Positions 1-9,936 are shown, numbered from the stretch's first letter. The stretch is DNA of 64,000 bases from Candidatus Bathyarchaeia archaeon (GCA_038883715.1 JAVZLS010000002.1:64001-128000); one strand, 5' to 3'. A program made the numbers and translations. The notes: generated from the letters alone by a model not told the origin.

Positions 1-595
1 CCATGTTTAGGGCGTCTTCGTATTGTTTTTTGTCCATGAGTTGCATGACACGGTTTTGGGTTTCCTCTCCGAGTCCTTCGCGGCTTAATATGCCTCTTAA
101 AACGCCGACGTGTCCAACTTTGAAGGTGTAGTTTTTTAATCCTACAGACCTCATTAAAGTGTTTGTTAGCAGTAGCACTTCGGCGTCGGCTTCTGGTTTT
201 TCAGAGCCTATAAGCTCAAAGTTTGACTGCCAAAACTCTCTGAAGCGTCCCTTTTGTGGTTCATCATATCTGTAGAGACTTCCGATACAGAATAGCCTCA
301 ATGGTTTGGGCTCGTTCCGCATTGTTGTCGCCACAAGCCTTGCAACAGAAGCCGTGAACTCCGGTCTTAAGGCAACTTTTCTTCCACCCAAATCTTCAAA
401 GGCGTACATTCTTGCGCGGACTTCTTCGCCTGCCTTTGCCGCCACCAACTCATAGGACTCTACGACTGGTGTTATTATTTCCCTATATCCGTATAGTTTG
501 GCTGTTTTTCTGGCTTTTTCCTCTATGAAGCGCATTATTTTTGCCTCTTCTGGTAGGAAGTCCCTCATTCCCCGGACTGTTTTGTAGGCGCTCAT
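1..595 (-). CDS. hisS: Histidyl-tRNA synthetase (5' part; runs off window start)
   Basis: Not in ORF track. Manual translation from ATG at 595: MSAYKTVRGMRDFLPEE...LRPEFTASVAR...YRYDEPQKGRFREFWQSNFELIG, class II HisRS motifs. Confidence 0.95.
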   Translation of the reverse strand, partial: MSAYKTVRGMRDFLPEEAKIMRFIEEKARKTAKLYGYREIITPVVESYELVAAKAGEEVRARMYAFEDLGGRKVALRPEFTASVARLVATTMRNEPKPLRLFCIGSLYRYDEPQKGRFREFWQSNFELIGSEKPEADAEVLLLTNTLMRSVGLKNYTFKVGHVGVLRGILSREGLGEETQNRVMQLMDKKQYEDALNM

Positions 596-625
596 AACAG
601 TTCACGTTTTGGGCTTCTACCTCTT

Positions 626-1186
626 TTATGGTAGGGTTAATTGTGAGACGGAATAGTAAACTATTTCGCCTCTTCGGCTCATAACAGCCAAAATAAGCTC
701 CTTTTTTAGGCTTTGACACTGCCTCATTATTTGGGTTAACTCCTCCATTGTTATTGGTTTTCCCTCTTGAAGGTTTAGGATTAGATATTTGGCTGTGTCC
801 TTTCCATACTCGCCTCTTTCGTAGACTCTGAAGTCTACGCCCATGCCGAAGCCTTCGCGGACAACGTATCCGCGGCTTCTAAGGTCTCTGTAAACCATGT
901 ATTTAGCCCAAGCGTTCTCGTCTGTTTTTTCAGCGGCTTGCAGAAGTTGTTGAAAGTCTATTTCCCAGCCCTTCTCGTCTTTAACTAAAATTAAGCCCTT
1001 ATCTAGGAGGTGGAGTGCCTCGTAAAAGTTTAGGAGAAGCCCGCCGTTTTCTTCTATGCCGTAGCCCTTTGCTTTAAGCTCCTCTGCTCTCTGTTTGTTG
1101 GCTATTTTCACTCCCTTTTCGGTTAATGTTCCCTCAATTTTTGTTTCTTGACGTAGCGGCTGCGGCGGCTCCTTACTTTTGCTCAT
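626..1186 (-). CDS. endA: tRNA-splicing endonuclease subunit (probably the non-catalytic/structural subunit)
   Basis: LNFYEALHL, YMVYRDLRSRGYVVREG, DFRVYERG, IVYYSV motifs; expected catalytic His position reads KDTAKY. Confidence 0.85.
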   Translation of the reverse strand: MSKSKEPPQPLRQETKIEGTLTEKGVKIANKQRAEELKAKGYGIEENGGLLLNFYEALHLLDKGLILVKDEKGWEIDFQQLLQAAEKTDENAWAKYMVYRDLRSRGYVVREGFGMGVDFRVYERGEYGKDTAKYLILNLQEGKPITMEELTQIMRQCQSLKKELILAVMSRRGEIVYYSVSQLTLP

Positions 1187-1190
1187 AGGC

Positions 1191-2216
1191 TTAACCGTGC
1201 TGGCTTATTTTTGCCAAATCGTCCTTATATAGGATGCCTTCTTCGCAAATAATTGCGGTCACATATTTTATGGGCGTGATGTCAAAAGCTGGATTTAGGG
1301 CTGGAACGCCTTCTGGAGCTATCCGCTCAGAGCCTATACATGTCACCTCTTCTTGGCTTCGCTCTTCTATTGTTATATCTGCTGCTGTATGGGCTAAGTC
1401 AAAGGTGGATTTTGGAGCCGCCACGTAAAATGGTATGCCGTGTTCTTTAGCTAGGACTGCTATCTGGTAGGTTCCAATCTTGTTGATTACAGCATCCCGC
1501 ACTATACGGTCGGCTCCAACAATAACCTTGTCAACCATGCGTTTATACATGACGTATCCCACCATGGTGTCGCTTATCAAGGTGACTGGTATTCCGTCCC
1601 GTTTAAGCTCGTAGGCTGTTAGGCGGGCGCCCTGCAGCTTTGGTCTGGTTTCAGTGGCAATAACCCTAACCCTTTTACCTTGTTCCACAGCTGCCCTAAT
1701 AACGCCTAGGGCTGTTCCATAGTCCACTGTGGCTAGTGCCCCAGCGTTGCAATGTGTCAACAATGTGTCCCCATCATTGATTAGTGTGGCTCCATGCTTT
1801 CCCATTGAGCGGTTTGCCGCAACGTCCTCTTCAGCTATCCTATTTGCCTCTTCAACGACGAAGACGGCTAATTCCTCAGCGTTTCCTTGGAAAGCCCTAG
1901 CCTTGTTTAAAATCCTGTCAACCGCCCAGAAGAGGTTAACCCCTGTAGGTCTGGTCTTCCGTAATGTGTTTGCCGCCTCTTCTAATTCACGGATAAGCTC
2001 TTCTTTCCGCCGTGCCTTTGAATGGTAAGCTGTCAGCGCCAAGGCGTAGGCTGCGGCAACCCCTATTAGTGGAGCACCCCTAATCTTCATGGTTTTTATG
2101 GCTTCAGCCACTTCGCCGCTGCTTCGCATTTTGAGAGTGACGGTTTCTCTTGGAAGCCTTGTCTGGTCTATGGTTGTTACGACCCCGTTTTGCCATTTAA
2201 TCGTCCGCGTTTTCAT
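1191..2216 (-). CDS. mtnA: S-methyl-5-thioribose-1-phosphate isomerase (eIF-2B alpha/beta/delta family)
   Basis: DQTRLP, IRGAPLIG, TRPTGVNL, LTHCNAGALAT, ETRPKLQGARLT, NKIGTY, NPAFDITP. Confidence 0.92.
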   Translation of the reverse strand: MKTRTIKWQNGVVTTIDQTRLPRETVTLKMRSSGEVAEAIKTMKIRGAPLIGVAAAYALALTAYHSKARRKEELIRELEEAANTLRKTRPTGVNLFWAVDRILNKARAFQGNAEELAVFVVEEANRIAEEDVAANRSMGKHGATLINDGDTLLTHCNAGALATVDYGTALGVIRAAVEQGKRVRVIATETRPKLQGARLTAYELKRDGIPVTLISDTMVGYVMYKRMVDKVIVGADRIVRDAVINKIGTYQIAVLAKEHGIPFYVAAPKSTFDLAHTAADITIEERSQEEVTCIGSERIAPEGVPALNPAFDITPIKYVTAIICEEGILYKDDLAKISQHG

Positions 2217-2309
2217 AGCGACAAGCTCAGCAAATCGTTTATGTAATGGAAAATATAAAAGCTGCTAGGAAAGTTAAGGATTGAAGCTAATTACCAAAAC
2301 TATTAAATC

Positions 2310-2759
2310 ATGAGAACAGAATTTTATTTGTGGTCTAAATTGGTTAAAGTCGTAACACGTTATTGGAGGATAGTTGCTGGGCATCCTAAACAAAAGGAAG
2401 ATAGAATTGAGCCGAAGTCGATCATTTTAGGAGACTGGCTTCGTAATGATTATGTATCAATTGGTTGGGAAGATCCTAAACAAATATCCCGAAGACGTTT
2501 TGACGAAATGAAGATTGGTGATAAAATCGTCGTAACAACGGACAAGCACATTTGGGCTATAGGTGAGATTGCAGGAAATTTATATGAAAAAGAAGAAGGA
2601 GAACTTTACCCTTATAGAAAGGATGTGATTTGGTACAAAATAACTAGGCTCAGTTACGATAATTTTCCAGCTTCTCTTAGAAACAAACTTAGAAATCCTC
2701 ATACCGTTATGGAATTAGATAAAAATGATTGGGAGACTATTCTAGCGTATCTTACGTAG
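2310..2759 (+). CDS. Hypothetical protein, EVE/PUA-like (resembles N-terminal DNA-reader domains of McrB/Mrr-type restriction proteins)
   Basis: YWRIVAG...YVSIGW...MKIGDKIVV...IGEI...YPYRKDVIW pattern; visibly AT-richer than neighbours; true start may be TTG at 2340. Confidence 0.5.
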   Translation: MRTEFYLWSKLVKVVTRYWRIVAGHPKQKEDRIEPKSIILGDWLRNDYVSIGWEDPKQISRRRFDEMKIGDKIVVTTDKHIWAIGEIAGNLYEKEEGELYPYRKDVIWYKITRLSYDNFPASLRNKLRNPHTVMELDKNDWETILAYLT

Positions 2760-2770
2760 TGAGATACATA

Positions 2771-3481
2771 ATGAAAAAGGAAGATCTAAAAGTTTTCGTT
2801 GAAGGTTTTGGGCATAGATACTCTGGAATTTTGGGCATAGACCTAAAAAGCCGAAGGGAAGAGGAGATTTTCAAGTGGTTTTTGACTTCCGTACTTTTCG
2901 GCGCGCCTATAACTGAAACTTCCGTCATAAAAACTTACAAGTGCTTCGAAAAGCGCGGCGTCTTAACTCCTCAAAAGATTTTGGAAACCGGTTGGGACGG
3001 CTTAGTGCAAATTCTCGACGAAGGCAGCTACACACGTTACGACTTCAAAACGGCTGACAAACTTCTCGAAGTAATGCGAAACTTAATAGAAAAGTATGAC
3101 GGAAAATTAACTACCATTTATGAAGAAGCCCATGACCACGCAGATTTGGAAGAGAAGCTTAAAAGTTTAGGAAAGGGCGTCGGCGACGTAACGGTGGGCA
3201 TATTCCTACGGGAGCTGCGCGACGTTTGGGAAAAAGCCAAACCAAAACCAACAAGCCTCGTTGTAATGGCAGCCAAAAACCTTGGAATAATTGATGAGAA
3301 ATCTCCAAAGGATGTTTTGCGGCAGCTTGAAGATTTTTGGGCTGAAAATGCTGTGACTGGCAAGTCCTTCACAAACTTTGAAACTGCATTGCTTCGTCTA
3401 GGCAAAAACTACTGTAGAAAGGATAGGTGCGCCGTTTGCCCCGTTAAGGCGGATTGTAAACGCCACGCTACGGGGGCTTAA
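2771..3481 (+). CDS. HhH-GPD superfamily DNA glycosylase-like protein with C-terminal 4Fe-4S motif
   Basis: HhH LKSLGKGVGDVTVGIFLREL; C-terminal CRKDRCAVCPVKADC (EndoIII-type FCL); ATG 2771 preferred over 2729. Confidence 0.75.
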   Translation: MKKEDLKVFVEGFGHRYSGILGIDLKSRREEEIFKWFLTSVLFGAPITETSVIKTYKCFEKRGVLTPQKILETGWDGLVQILDEGSYTRYDFKTADKLLEVMRNLIEKYDGKLTTIYEEAHDHADLEEKLKSLGKGVGDVTVGIFLRELRDVWEKAKPKPTSLVVMAAKNLGIIDEKSPKDVLRQLEDFWAENAVTGKSFTNFETALLRLGKNYCRKDRCAVCPVKADCKRHATGA

Positions 3482-4202
3482 TGTAAGTTACAACCTCTAT
3501 TGGGCATTCTTCCGGAAGTTTTAGTCGCTTCCGCCACTCGTCGCCTATGGCTATGAGGGAGAAAATCCCTGAAATTTCAGCCTTCGCTTTACGCACAAGA
3601 TTGACGAGCGCTGCTTGTGTCTCACCAGTCTTAATCATGTCATCCACTATTAGGACGCTGTCCCGCTTTTTGATGGCTTCCTTTGGAACATAAAGCGTAA
3701 TTGTTACGCCGGAATCCCTAAGCACAAATGTTTCCTCAAGAAACTCTTTAACGCCAACCTCCTTGCTTCTCTTGGCTATAACAAGGTTTACGCCTAGAGC
3801 GTTTGCCACCATAGTTGCCAATGGGATTCCGTCAACCGCCGCAGTAAACACTTTTGTAACTCGTTTTCCAGCAAAATTTGCAAGAGCATGATTAGCCGCC
3901 TGCTGGAGAATGTTAAAATCTCCAATAATCTCGGTATTATCAAAATAACCATCCTCGTTAAACTTTATTCTGTTCCGGAGCTCGTTTTCCAAACCAACAA
4001 ATTTTGATAAGACTTTCCAGAGCTGTTTTGCTCTGGCAGTGTTTGGCAAAACGTGTCCTTTGGCGTATCTGCTTAGAACTGTTACTGGCAAGCCTGTTTT
4101 TGCTGACAACTCGCGGTATGTGATGTTCCGCTTGTATTTGGCTGTTCGAAGAAGTTCAATAGTCATTAAACGCAGTTTCAACTCTTCTGCGTGTGTGCTC
4201 AT
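3468..4202 (-). CDS. HTH + phosphoribosyltransferase domain protein (PurR-like archaeal regulator / APRT family)
   Basis: N-terminal HTH TYRELSAKTGLPVTVLSRY; PRPP-binding VLIVDDMIKTGET. Confidence 0.85.
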   Translation of the reverse strand: MSTHAEELKLRLMTIELLRTAKYKRNITYRELSAKTGLPVTVLSRYAKGHVLPNTARAKQLWKVLSKFVGLENELRNRIKFNEDGYFDNTEIIGDFNILQQAANHALANFAGKRVTKVFTAAVDGIPLATMVANALGVNLVIAKRSKEVGVKEFLEETFVLRDSGVTITLYVPKEAIKKRDSVLIVDDMIKTGETQAALVNLVRKAKAEISGIFSLIAIGDEWRKRLKLPEECPIEVVTYIKPP

Positions 4203-4314
4203 CAGCCTCCCCCATACACAAGGACCAGTTAAATTCTGAAGCGTTTACATCTTATTATTACCTTCCCAATTTATAATTTCCGCTCGAAAACCGAACAGCA
4301 CGCAAACAAACGTT

Positions 4315-5262
4315 TTAGGGCGCCTTAGCTAAAATCACTTCGAAGGAGTACTCAAAACCATCCCGGTAAACCGTCAAGCGGACTTTTTCGCCAGCCCTTT
4401 TCTTATGAATTTCGCCTAAGAGCTTCTCTATCCGTGTTACGGGGACGTCATCCAAAGCCAATATTATGTCGCCAGCCGCTATGCCAGCCTCATGCGCTGG
4501 GCTTCCCTCAACAACCCTAGTGACTAAAACGCCTTCATCTAATGGTATTCCATAATAGCGGGAAATCTCCTTTGTGAGGCTTAATCCCATTATCCCAAGC
4601 CATGGTCGTGTGTGCACCCCTTTAGATATGATTTCTGCTGCGCACTTTTTGGCTGAGTTTATGGGGATGGCGAACCCGATTCCATGGGCATAGGGAATAA
4701 TAGCGGTGCTTATGGCAACAACCTTGCCATTAACATCCACTAGGGGTCCGCCGCTGTTTCCCGGGTTTATGGCTGCATCTGTCTGGACAAGATTTTCCAG
4801 AAGCTCATTTTTGGATTCTATGGTGCGGTTTAAGGCGCTTACAACGCCGGAAGTTATTGTTGGTCCACCAGCCAAGCCGAAGGGGTTACCGATGGCGTAG
4901 ACGCGCTGTCCAATCCTCAACTTATCAGAGTCTCCAAGCTCAGCATAGGGCAAGCCTTTCCTGTCAACTTTGACTACGGCTATGTCGTGGATTGTGCATG
5001 TTCCAAGCAAGCGTCCGTTTAAAACTTCGCCGTTCCAGAGGGTGACGGCTATGCGTTCAGCGCCTTGAACAACATGGTTATTCGTTAATACGTGGCCTTC
5101 GCTGTCTATTATTGTTCCGGAACCCATGCCCTTGACTGGGAAGACTTGGTAGAATATGTCTTGAATCAGCCTAATCGTGCTGATGTTGACAACGCTCCTG
5201 CTGACTTTTTCTAGAACATCCAAAACCTTAGACTCGTCATTAAATGCCAATCTAACCGCCAC
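4315..5262 (-). CDS. HtrA/DegP-family serine protease with PDZ domain
   Basis: GSGTII, TNNHVV, DIAVVK, QTDAAINPGNSGGPL; C-terminal PDZ (GSPAHEAGI..GDII). Confidence 0.93.
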   Translation of the reverse strand: MAVRLAFNDESKVLDVLEKVSRSVVNISTIRLIQDIFYQVFPVKGMGSGTIIDSEGHVLTNNHVVQGAERIAVTLWNGEVLNGRLLGTCTIHDIAVVKVDRKGLPYAELGDSDKLRIGQRVYAIGNPFGLAGGPTITSGVVSALNRTIESKNELLENLVQTDAAINPGNSGGPLVDVNGKVVAISTAIIPYAHGIGFAIPINSAKKCAAEIISKGVHTRPWLGIMGLSLTKEISRYYGIPLDEGVLVTRVVEGSPAHEAGIAAGDIILALDDVPVTRIEKLLGEIHKKRAGEKVRLTVYRDGFEYSFEVILAKAP

Positions 5263-5301
5263 TGTAAAATCTCTTTAAAGGCTTTAAACCCTTTTCTCTC
5301 T

Positions 5302-6495
5302 TCACGTTTTGGTTTTTGAGTAGGCGTTAATGAGTAGAACCACCGCGGCGGCTTGTGTCAAAAGAACATATATTATCACGGCTAAATATGGAATTTTCAA
5401 TTCTGCCATCAAGCCATATACTGCCCCGCCAGCTAACATGCCAACACCATAAGCCGTGTTAAATATGCCATAGGCTGTTCCCCGCAAAGAAATTGGGGCA
5501 AAACCCGAAACAGCTGCGCGGTAAATGGACTCCTGCATTCCCAAAACTAAACCGAAAAAGGCTGCAGCCACAACAAGCATTGTTAAGTCTGCATTAGCCA
5601 TGGCAAAAAATGTTGGAAAAACCGACAGAATGAACGGCAGCACCAAAACTCTAATCTTGAACCTGTCGTAGGCGAATCCCGCAAAAAGTGCTGTTGGCGC
5701 GTCCACCCCCTGTATCAGCATGTAGATTAGGGGGACAATCCACAACTGGTTCGTCGGCTTTAGAATTTCTGTCGCCTTGAGAAGTATAAGCTCGAAGGGT
5801 ATAAGCCCAACAGTGTTCAGTAAAACAGCCGAAGTGTAAACGTAAAAATCTCTTCCAAGTTTTTCTTCACCCTTTTCTATTCTAGCCTCTGCTGGTTCTG
5901 CGGTTTTTCTCCAACCGACTTTCCTAAACGTGTAGGCTAGGAATGCCATAAGCATGATGAAGGGCAACGCTAGAAGACTGAAGGTTAAATTGTAATTGTT
6001 GCTGGTGTAGAACATTAAGCCAGCCACAATGAGGGGACCCAAAATGGCGCCAATTTGGTCTAATAGTTCATGGATTCCGAAGGCTTTTCCAGCGCCAACC
6101 CCTCGGCTTACAATTGATAGCACGGCGTCTCTCGCCGGCGACCTAATGGCTTTTCCAATTCTTTCAAGAAGCACCAAGATTATTGCTATTTCCCAAATTC
6201 TTGTCACTCCCAAAAGCGGTATTGATACAATAAGCCCGTATCCCAAAAATATGAAAAGCCAGTAAGCCCTCGTGGTGTCTGCGAGGCTCCCGCTTACAAG
6301 CCTTAAGGCGTATCCCAAAAACTCCCCAAATCTGCCGAAAAAGGCTATGGCAAAGGCGGAGGCTCCAAGAAATTCTAGGTATGGTGTAACAATCCCCCTT
6401 GAACCCTCATAGACAACGTCTCCCATGAGGCTCACTATTCCGAGAAGGAGAATAGCCACGTAGGCTTTTTTCGCATTCACTAAGCCATTTTTCAT
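5302..6495 (-). CDS. MFS transporter
   Basis: ~12 hydrophobic segments; ERIGKAIRSPARDA and RGTAYGIF motifs. Confidence 0.88.
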   Translation of the reverse strand: MKNGLVNAKKAYVAILLLGIVSLMGDVVYEGSRGIVTPYLEFLGASAFAIAFFGRFGEFLGYALRLVSGSLADTTRAYWLFIFLGYGLIVSIPLLGVTRIWEIAIILVLLERIGKAIRSPARDAVLSIVSRGVGAGKAFGIHELLDQIGAILGPLIVAGLMFYTSNNYNLTFSLLALPFIMLMAFLAYTFRKVGWRKTAEPAEARIEKGEEKLGRDFYVYTSAVLLNTVGLIPFELILLKATEILKPTNQLWIVPLIYMLIQGVDAPTALFAGFAYDRFKIRVLVLPFILSVFPTFFAMANADLTMLVVAAAFFGLVLGMQESIYRAAVSGFAPISLRGTAYGIFNTAYGVGMLAGGAVYGLMAELKIPYLAVIIYVLLTQAAAVVLLINAYSKTKT

Positions 6496-6526
6496 TATGT
6501 TTTCCTGCTAAGAGTAGCCCTTTAAT

Positions 6527-6994
6527 CTAGGCTGAAGTTAAGAGTTTCGCTATCCTCTCAAGCCACTCCTTATCTTTCTCGTCAAAACTGCCATATTCCT
6601 CGCTGTCAACATCAAGAACAGCCACAACATCGCCCTTCTCGCCGAATACTGGCACGGCAATTTCAGACTTTGAACGGGGGTCACATGCGATATGTCCTGG
6701 AAACTCGTGAACATTTGGCACAATAATGGTTTTCCCGCTTTTGGCGCATTTCCCGCAAACACCAGTGTAGGCTATTCTTGCGCATGCTGGCGGTCCCTTT
6801 GATGGACCAAGCTCCAACCAATCCTTCTTGGGAATATAAAATCCAACCCAAAAATAGTATGGGATTTTCTCCTTCAAAACGCTGCATACAAGTGCCATTC
6901 TTTCTTCAAAGGATTTTCCCCTAACTCCTTTCTTTATAGCTTCGAAGCATTCGCTGTAAGTTTTCTCTTTTGCATTATGTTCCATCATGTTCAC
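6527..6994 (-). CDS. GAF-domain protein, free methionine-(R)-sulfoxide reductase (MsrC/fRMsr)-like
   Basis: WVGFY, GPPACARI, GVCG, FPGHIACD..SKSEIAVP, VLDVDS. Confidence 0.85.
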   Translation of the reverse strand: MNMMEHNAKEKTYSECFEAIKKGVRGKSFEERMALVCSVLKEKIPYYFWVGFYIPKKDWLELGPSKGPPACARIAYTGVCGKCAKSGKTIIVPNVHEFPGHIACDPRSKSEIAVPVFGEKGDVVAVLDVDSEEYGSFDEKDKEWLERIAKLLTSA

Positions 6995-7096
6995 TCAACT
7001 TTTAGGTTGGCGAATTTAAAACATGTTTTGATTGGATAAAGCTTTTATTGATGCTCCTGGTTTAGTTTGGCAAATGCCCATAAAAGATGATGTGAA

Positions 7097-7798
7097 ATGG
7101 CTTTGCAGAAAGGCGACTTCATACTGTTAGATTACGTGGCAAAGGTAAAAGAGACAGGAGAAGTCTTCGACACCACAATTGAGGAGGTAGCCAAAAAAGA
7201 ACGCCTCTACAAAGAGGGCGAAATCTACGAGCCAAAACTCGTTGTTATAGGCGAGGGCTGGGTCCTAAAGGCTTTGGATGAAAGCCTAACAAACATGGAA
7301 GTTGGAAAAACTGAAACTGTGGAGATACCGCCAGAAAAAGCCTTTGGAGCAAGAGACCCAGAAAAAGTTAAGCGAGTTCCTCTTAGGCACTTGACGGCTA
7401 AGGGCATAACCCCAACCCTTGGAATGCGCCTCGAATACGACGGTAAAATGGCAACTGTTAGGGCTATTGGCGCTGGTCGCGTCCTTTTAGACTTTAATCC
7501 TCCATTGGCTGGAAAGACCCTTGTTTACGAGGTTACGGTCAAGAAGAAGCTTGAAACGCCAGAAGAGAAGATAGCCGCCCTAATTCACCGTAGAATACCA
7601 ACAGTTGAGGCTGAAAAGTTCAAGTTCACCATTAAAGCGAAAAACGTTGGCATAGAAATGCCTGAAGAAGCCTTCTACTTAGAAGGAATTCAAGTTGCAA
7701 AGCGTGGCATAGCCCTAGACATACAGAAGTTCTTCCCGGAAATAACAGCCGTAAAATTCACGGAAACCTTCAAGGCGGAACCAAAGGCAAAAGCCTAA
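7097..7798 (+). CDS. slyD: Long-type archaeal FKBP peptidyl-prolyl isomerase (SlyD family)
   Basis: GEVFDTT, IPPEKAFG, DFNPPLAGKTLVY plus archaeal C-terminal domain. Confidence 0.9.
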   Translation: MALQKGDFILLDYVAKVKETGEVFDTTIEEVAKKERLYKEGEIYEPKLVVIGEGWVLKALDESLTNMEVGKTETVEIPPEKAFGARDPEKVKRVPLRHLTAKGITPTLGMRLEYDGKMATVRAIGAGRVLLDFNPPLAGKTLVYEVTVKKKLETPEEKIAALIHRRIPTVEAEKFKFTIKAKNVGIEMPEEAFYLEGIQVAKRGIALDIQKFFPEITAVKFTETFKAEPKAKA

Positions 7799-8859
7799 AC
7801 AACCCCGGTTATTTTCGCAATTCTTTCGCATTCTTCAAGGCTTAGGTCTAACTTGTTAAGGATTGTGTAGCGTTCAGGTCTTATTGATGATGCCATAAAC
7901 AAGGCTTTAACCGCATCGTCTTTCGCCAAACCAAGTTCGTAGGCGTTGGTTGGCGCTCCAACTGTTTTTAGGGTTTCCCTTATGCGCTTCCAGTCTGTGC
8001 CATGCAGATAAGCCATAATAATTGTTCCTATACCGCACTGCTCGCCGTGAAGGGCGTTGTTAGGCTTTATGAGGTCTAGGGCGTGGCTGAACAAGTGTTC
8101 TGCACCGCTGCATGGGCGGCTGCTCCCAGCAATGCTCATGGCTACTCCACAGCTTATTAGGGCTTCGAGAAGCACGCGCAAGCCTTCCTCGTTTTCTGGT
8201 TTTATAAGGCTGGCGTTTCGCATCACGAGCCTCGCGCTCATTAGGGCTAGGCTTGCGGCGTACTCCCCATAATACTCGTTCTTATCCATGCTTGCAAGCT
8301 TCCAGTCTCTCACAGCTGTGAACTTTGCAATGACGTCTCCGCAACCACTTGCAATAAAACGGTGAGGCGTCTGTGCAATTATTTTTGTGTCAGCTATTAT
8401 GGCTACCGGGGCTTGAGCCATTACCGAAAAAGGTTTTTCAAGACCTTTAACAGACGACAATGGGCTTGCAATCCCATCATGAGAGGCTGTTGTTGGAACA
8501 CTTATGAAGGGCACCTTTTGCCGGGCAGAGCTTAACTTTGCAATGTCGATTTTTGTTCCACCGCCCACGCCAAAAACCACCTGAGGTTTTAAGGCTCTAA
8601 TTTCTTCTTCAACAGCTTCCACATCTTTTATGGTGGCTGACTCCACAATGAGCGTTTTGGCTTGTACTCCCTCTTTTTCAAGAATTTCCTCAACAATTTT
8701 CCCGGCAATGTTGTGGGTTTTCCTCCCAGTAATTACTAGGGCGGATTCCGTGAAACCCAGCCTTCTGGATATTTCTGCAGTTTGTTCTATTACGCCTTCT
8801 CCGACAATAACCTCCCTTGGAAGCTGCATCCAGTGGCGTTTTAAAGGCAAACCAATCAC
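7795..8859 (-). CDS. egsA: sn-glycerol-1-phosphate dehydrogenase
   Basis: GVGGGTKIDIAK, PTTASHDGIASP, SSRPCSGAEHLFSHALD, HGEQCG. Confidence 0.95.
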   Translation of the reverse strand: MIGLPLKRHWMQLPREVIVGEGVIEQTAEISRRLGFTESALVITGRKTHNIAGKIVEEILEKEGVQAKTLIVESATIKDVEAVEEEIRALKPQVVFGVGGGTKIDIAKLSSARQKVPFISVPTTASHDGIASPLSSVKGLEKPFSVMAQAPVAIIADTKIIAQTPHRFIASGCGDVIAKFTAVRDWKLASMDKNEYYGEYAASLALMSARLVMRNASLIKPENEEGLRVLLEALISCGVAMSIAGSSRPCSGAEHLFSHALDLIKPNNALHGEQCGIGTIIMAYLHGTDWKRIRETLKTVGAPTNAYELGLAKDDAVKALFMASSIRPERYTILNKLDLSLEECERIAKITGVV

Positions 8860-8997
8860 TTGCTGAGACTTTTCCTCTCAAATGATATGATTGTGGCTCT
8901 TAAAACCCTTTTTCAAAGCAACGCTTCAGCCTGGTATTTTAACTATGAATTTTAGTTTCATAACCGATAAGAATCCAGAATTTAAAACCCTATCATC

Positions 8998-9159
8998 ATG
9001 TCTGATAGGGCGACGATTGAGAAGGGAAAATGTAAACATTGCTGTATGAGGTGCGGCAAGGAAATATCAAAGGATGAGTATGAAGAGTTCGATGGTTTCT
9101 GCGAAGAGTGCTATTGGGCGGAGGAAGACGAGCTAACAGAAGAAGAGGACATAATCTAG
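8998..9159 (+). CDS. Small acidic zinc-ribbon protein (53 aa; below the ORF-track cutoff)
   Basis: Manual translation MSDRATIEKGKCKHCCMRCGKEISKDEYEEFDGFCEECYWAEEDELTEEEDII*; CxxCG...CxxC. Confidence 0.6.
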   Translation: MSDRATIEKGKCKHCCMRCGKEISKDEYEEFDGFCEECYWAEEDELTEEEDII

Positions 9160-9276
9160 AGGCTTTAAAACGTTTATAGATGAATTGCATTTTCGAAGCG
9201 TAATATTAATAAGCTTCATGGCGTGATTAAATGATGCTACTTCCTAGCGAAGTAAATTTGGCGATGTGTTTAGGTT

Positions 9277-9936
9277 TTGGGAGAAATGCGTAAAATGTTA
9301 AACAGCAACGTAGTTGATAAGTTGACGTTGAAGGGAACGACAACCATAGGGGTTGTCTGCAAAGATGGAGTAATCCTAGCCTCGGACACCCGTGTAACCA
9401 TGGGATTCTATGTAGCCCACAAACATGGGAAGAAAATATACAAGATAGACGACCACATGGCGATGACCATTGCTGGAACAGTCGCTGACGCCCAAAGAAC
9501 AGTGGACATTTTAACGGCTAACGCCCAACTTTACAAGATAAACATGGGAAGACCAATGCCCATAAGCTCAGCGGCAAGGCTAATGGCAAACCTCCTATTC
9601 TCAACCCGGTACATACCACTAGCAACCCAAGTCCTAATAGGCGGCGTCGACGACACTGGACCTCATGTCTTCTCCATAGACCCCTTCGGAAGCCTAACTG
9701 AGGAGAAATGCGTTGCCACCGGTTCCGGCTCTCCAATAGCCTACGGCGTTTTGGAGGACAAGTTCCGAGAGGGCATGTCAGTGGCTGAAGCTTTACCAAT
9801 AATTATTAGGGCCGTTGACTCAGCCATGAAAAGGGACTCAGCTAGCGGAGACAGCTTTAACGTGGCAGTTGTAGACGCTAACGGTTATAGAGAATTAACA
9901 GAAGAGGAGAAGAGGAAACTTTTAGCTGCAAACTAG
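9277..9936 (+). CDS. psmB: Proteasome subunit beta
   Basis: Propeptide then G|TTTIGVVCKDGVILASDTR; GSGSPIAYG; RDSASG. Confidence 0.96.
   Translation: MGEMRKMLNSNVVDKLTLKGTTTIGVVCKDGVILASDTRVTMGFYVAHKHGKKIYKIDDHMAMTIAGTVADAQRTVDILTANAQLYKINMGRPMPISSAARLMANLLFSTRYIPLATQVLIGGVDDTGPHVFSIDPFGSLTEEKCVATGSGSPIAYGVLEDKFREGMSVAEALPIIIRAVDSAMKRDSASGDSFNVAVVDANGYRELTEEEKRKLLAAN

Noticed and set aside
483-719. 78-aa minus-strand ORF
   Set aside because: Overlaps hisS and endA in another frame; no motif.
8996-9190. 64-aa minus-strand ORF
   Set aside because: The opposite strand encodes a more convincing CxxC zinc-finger protein (8998-9159).
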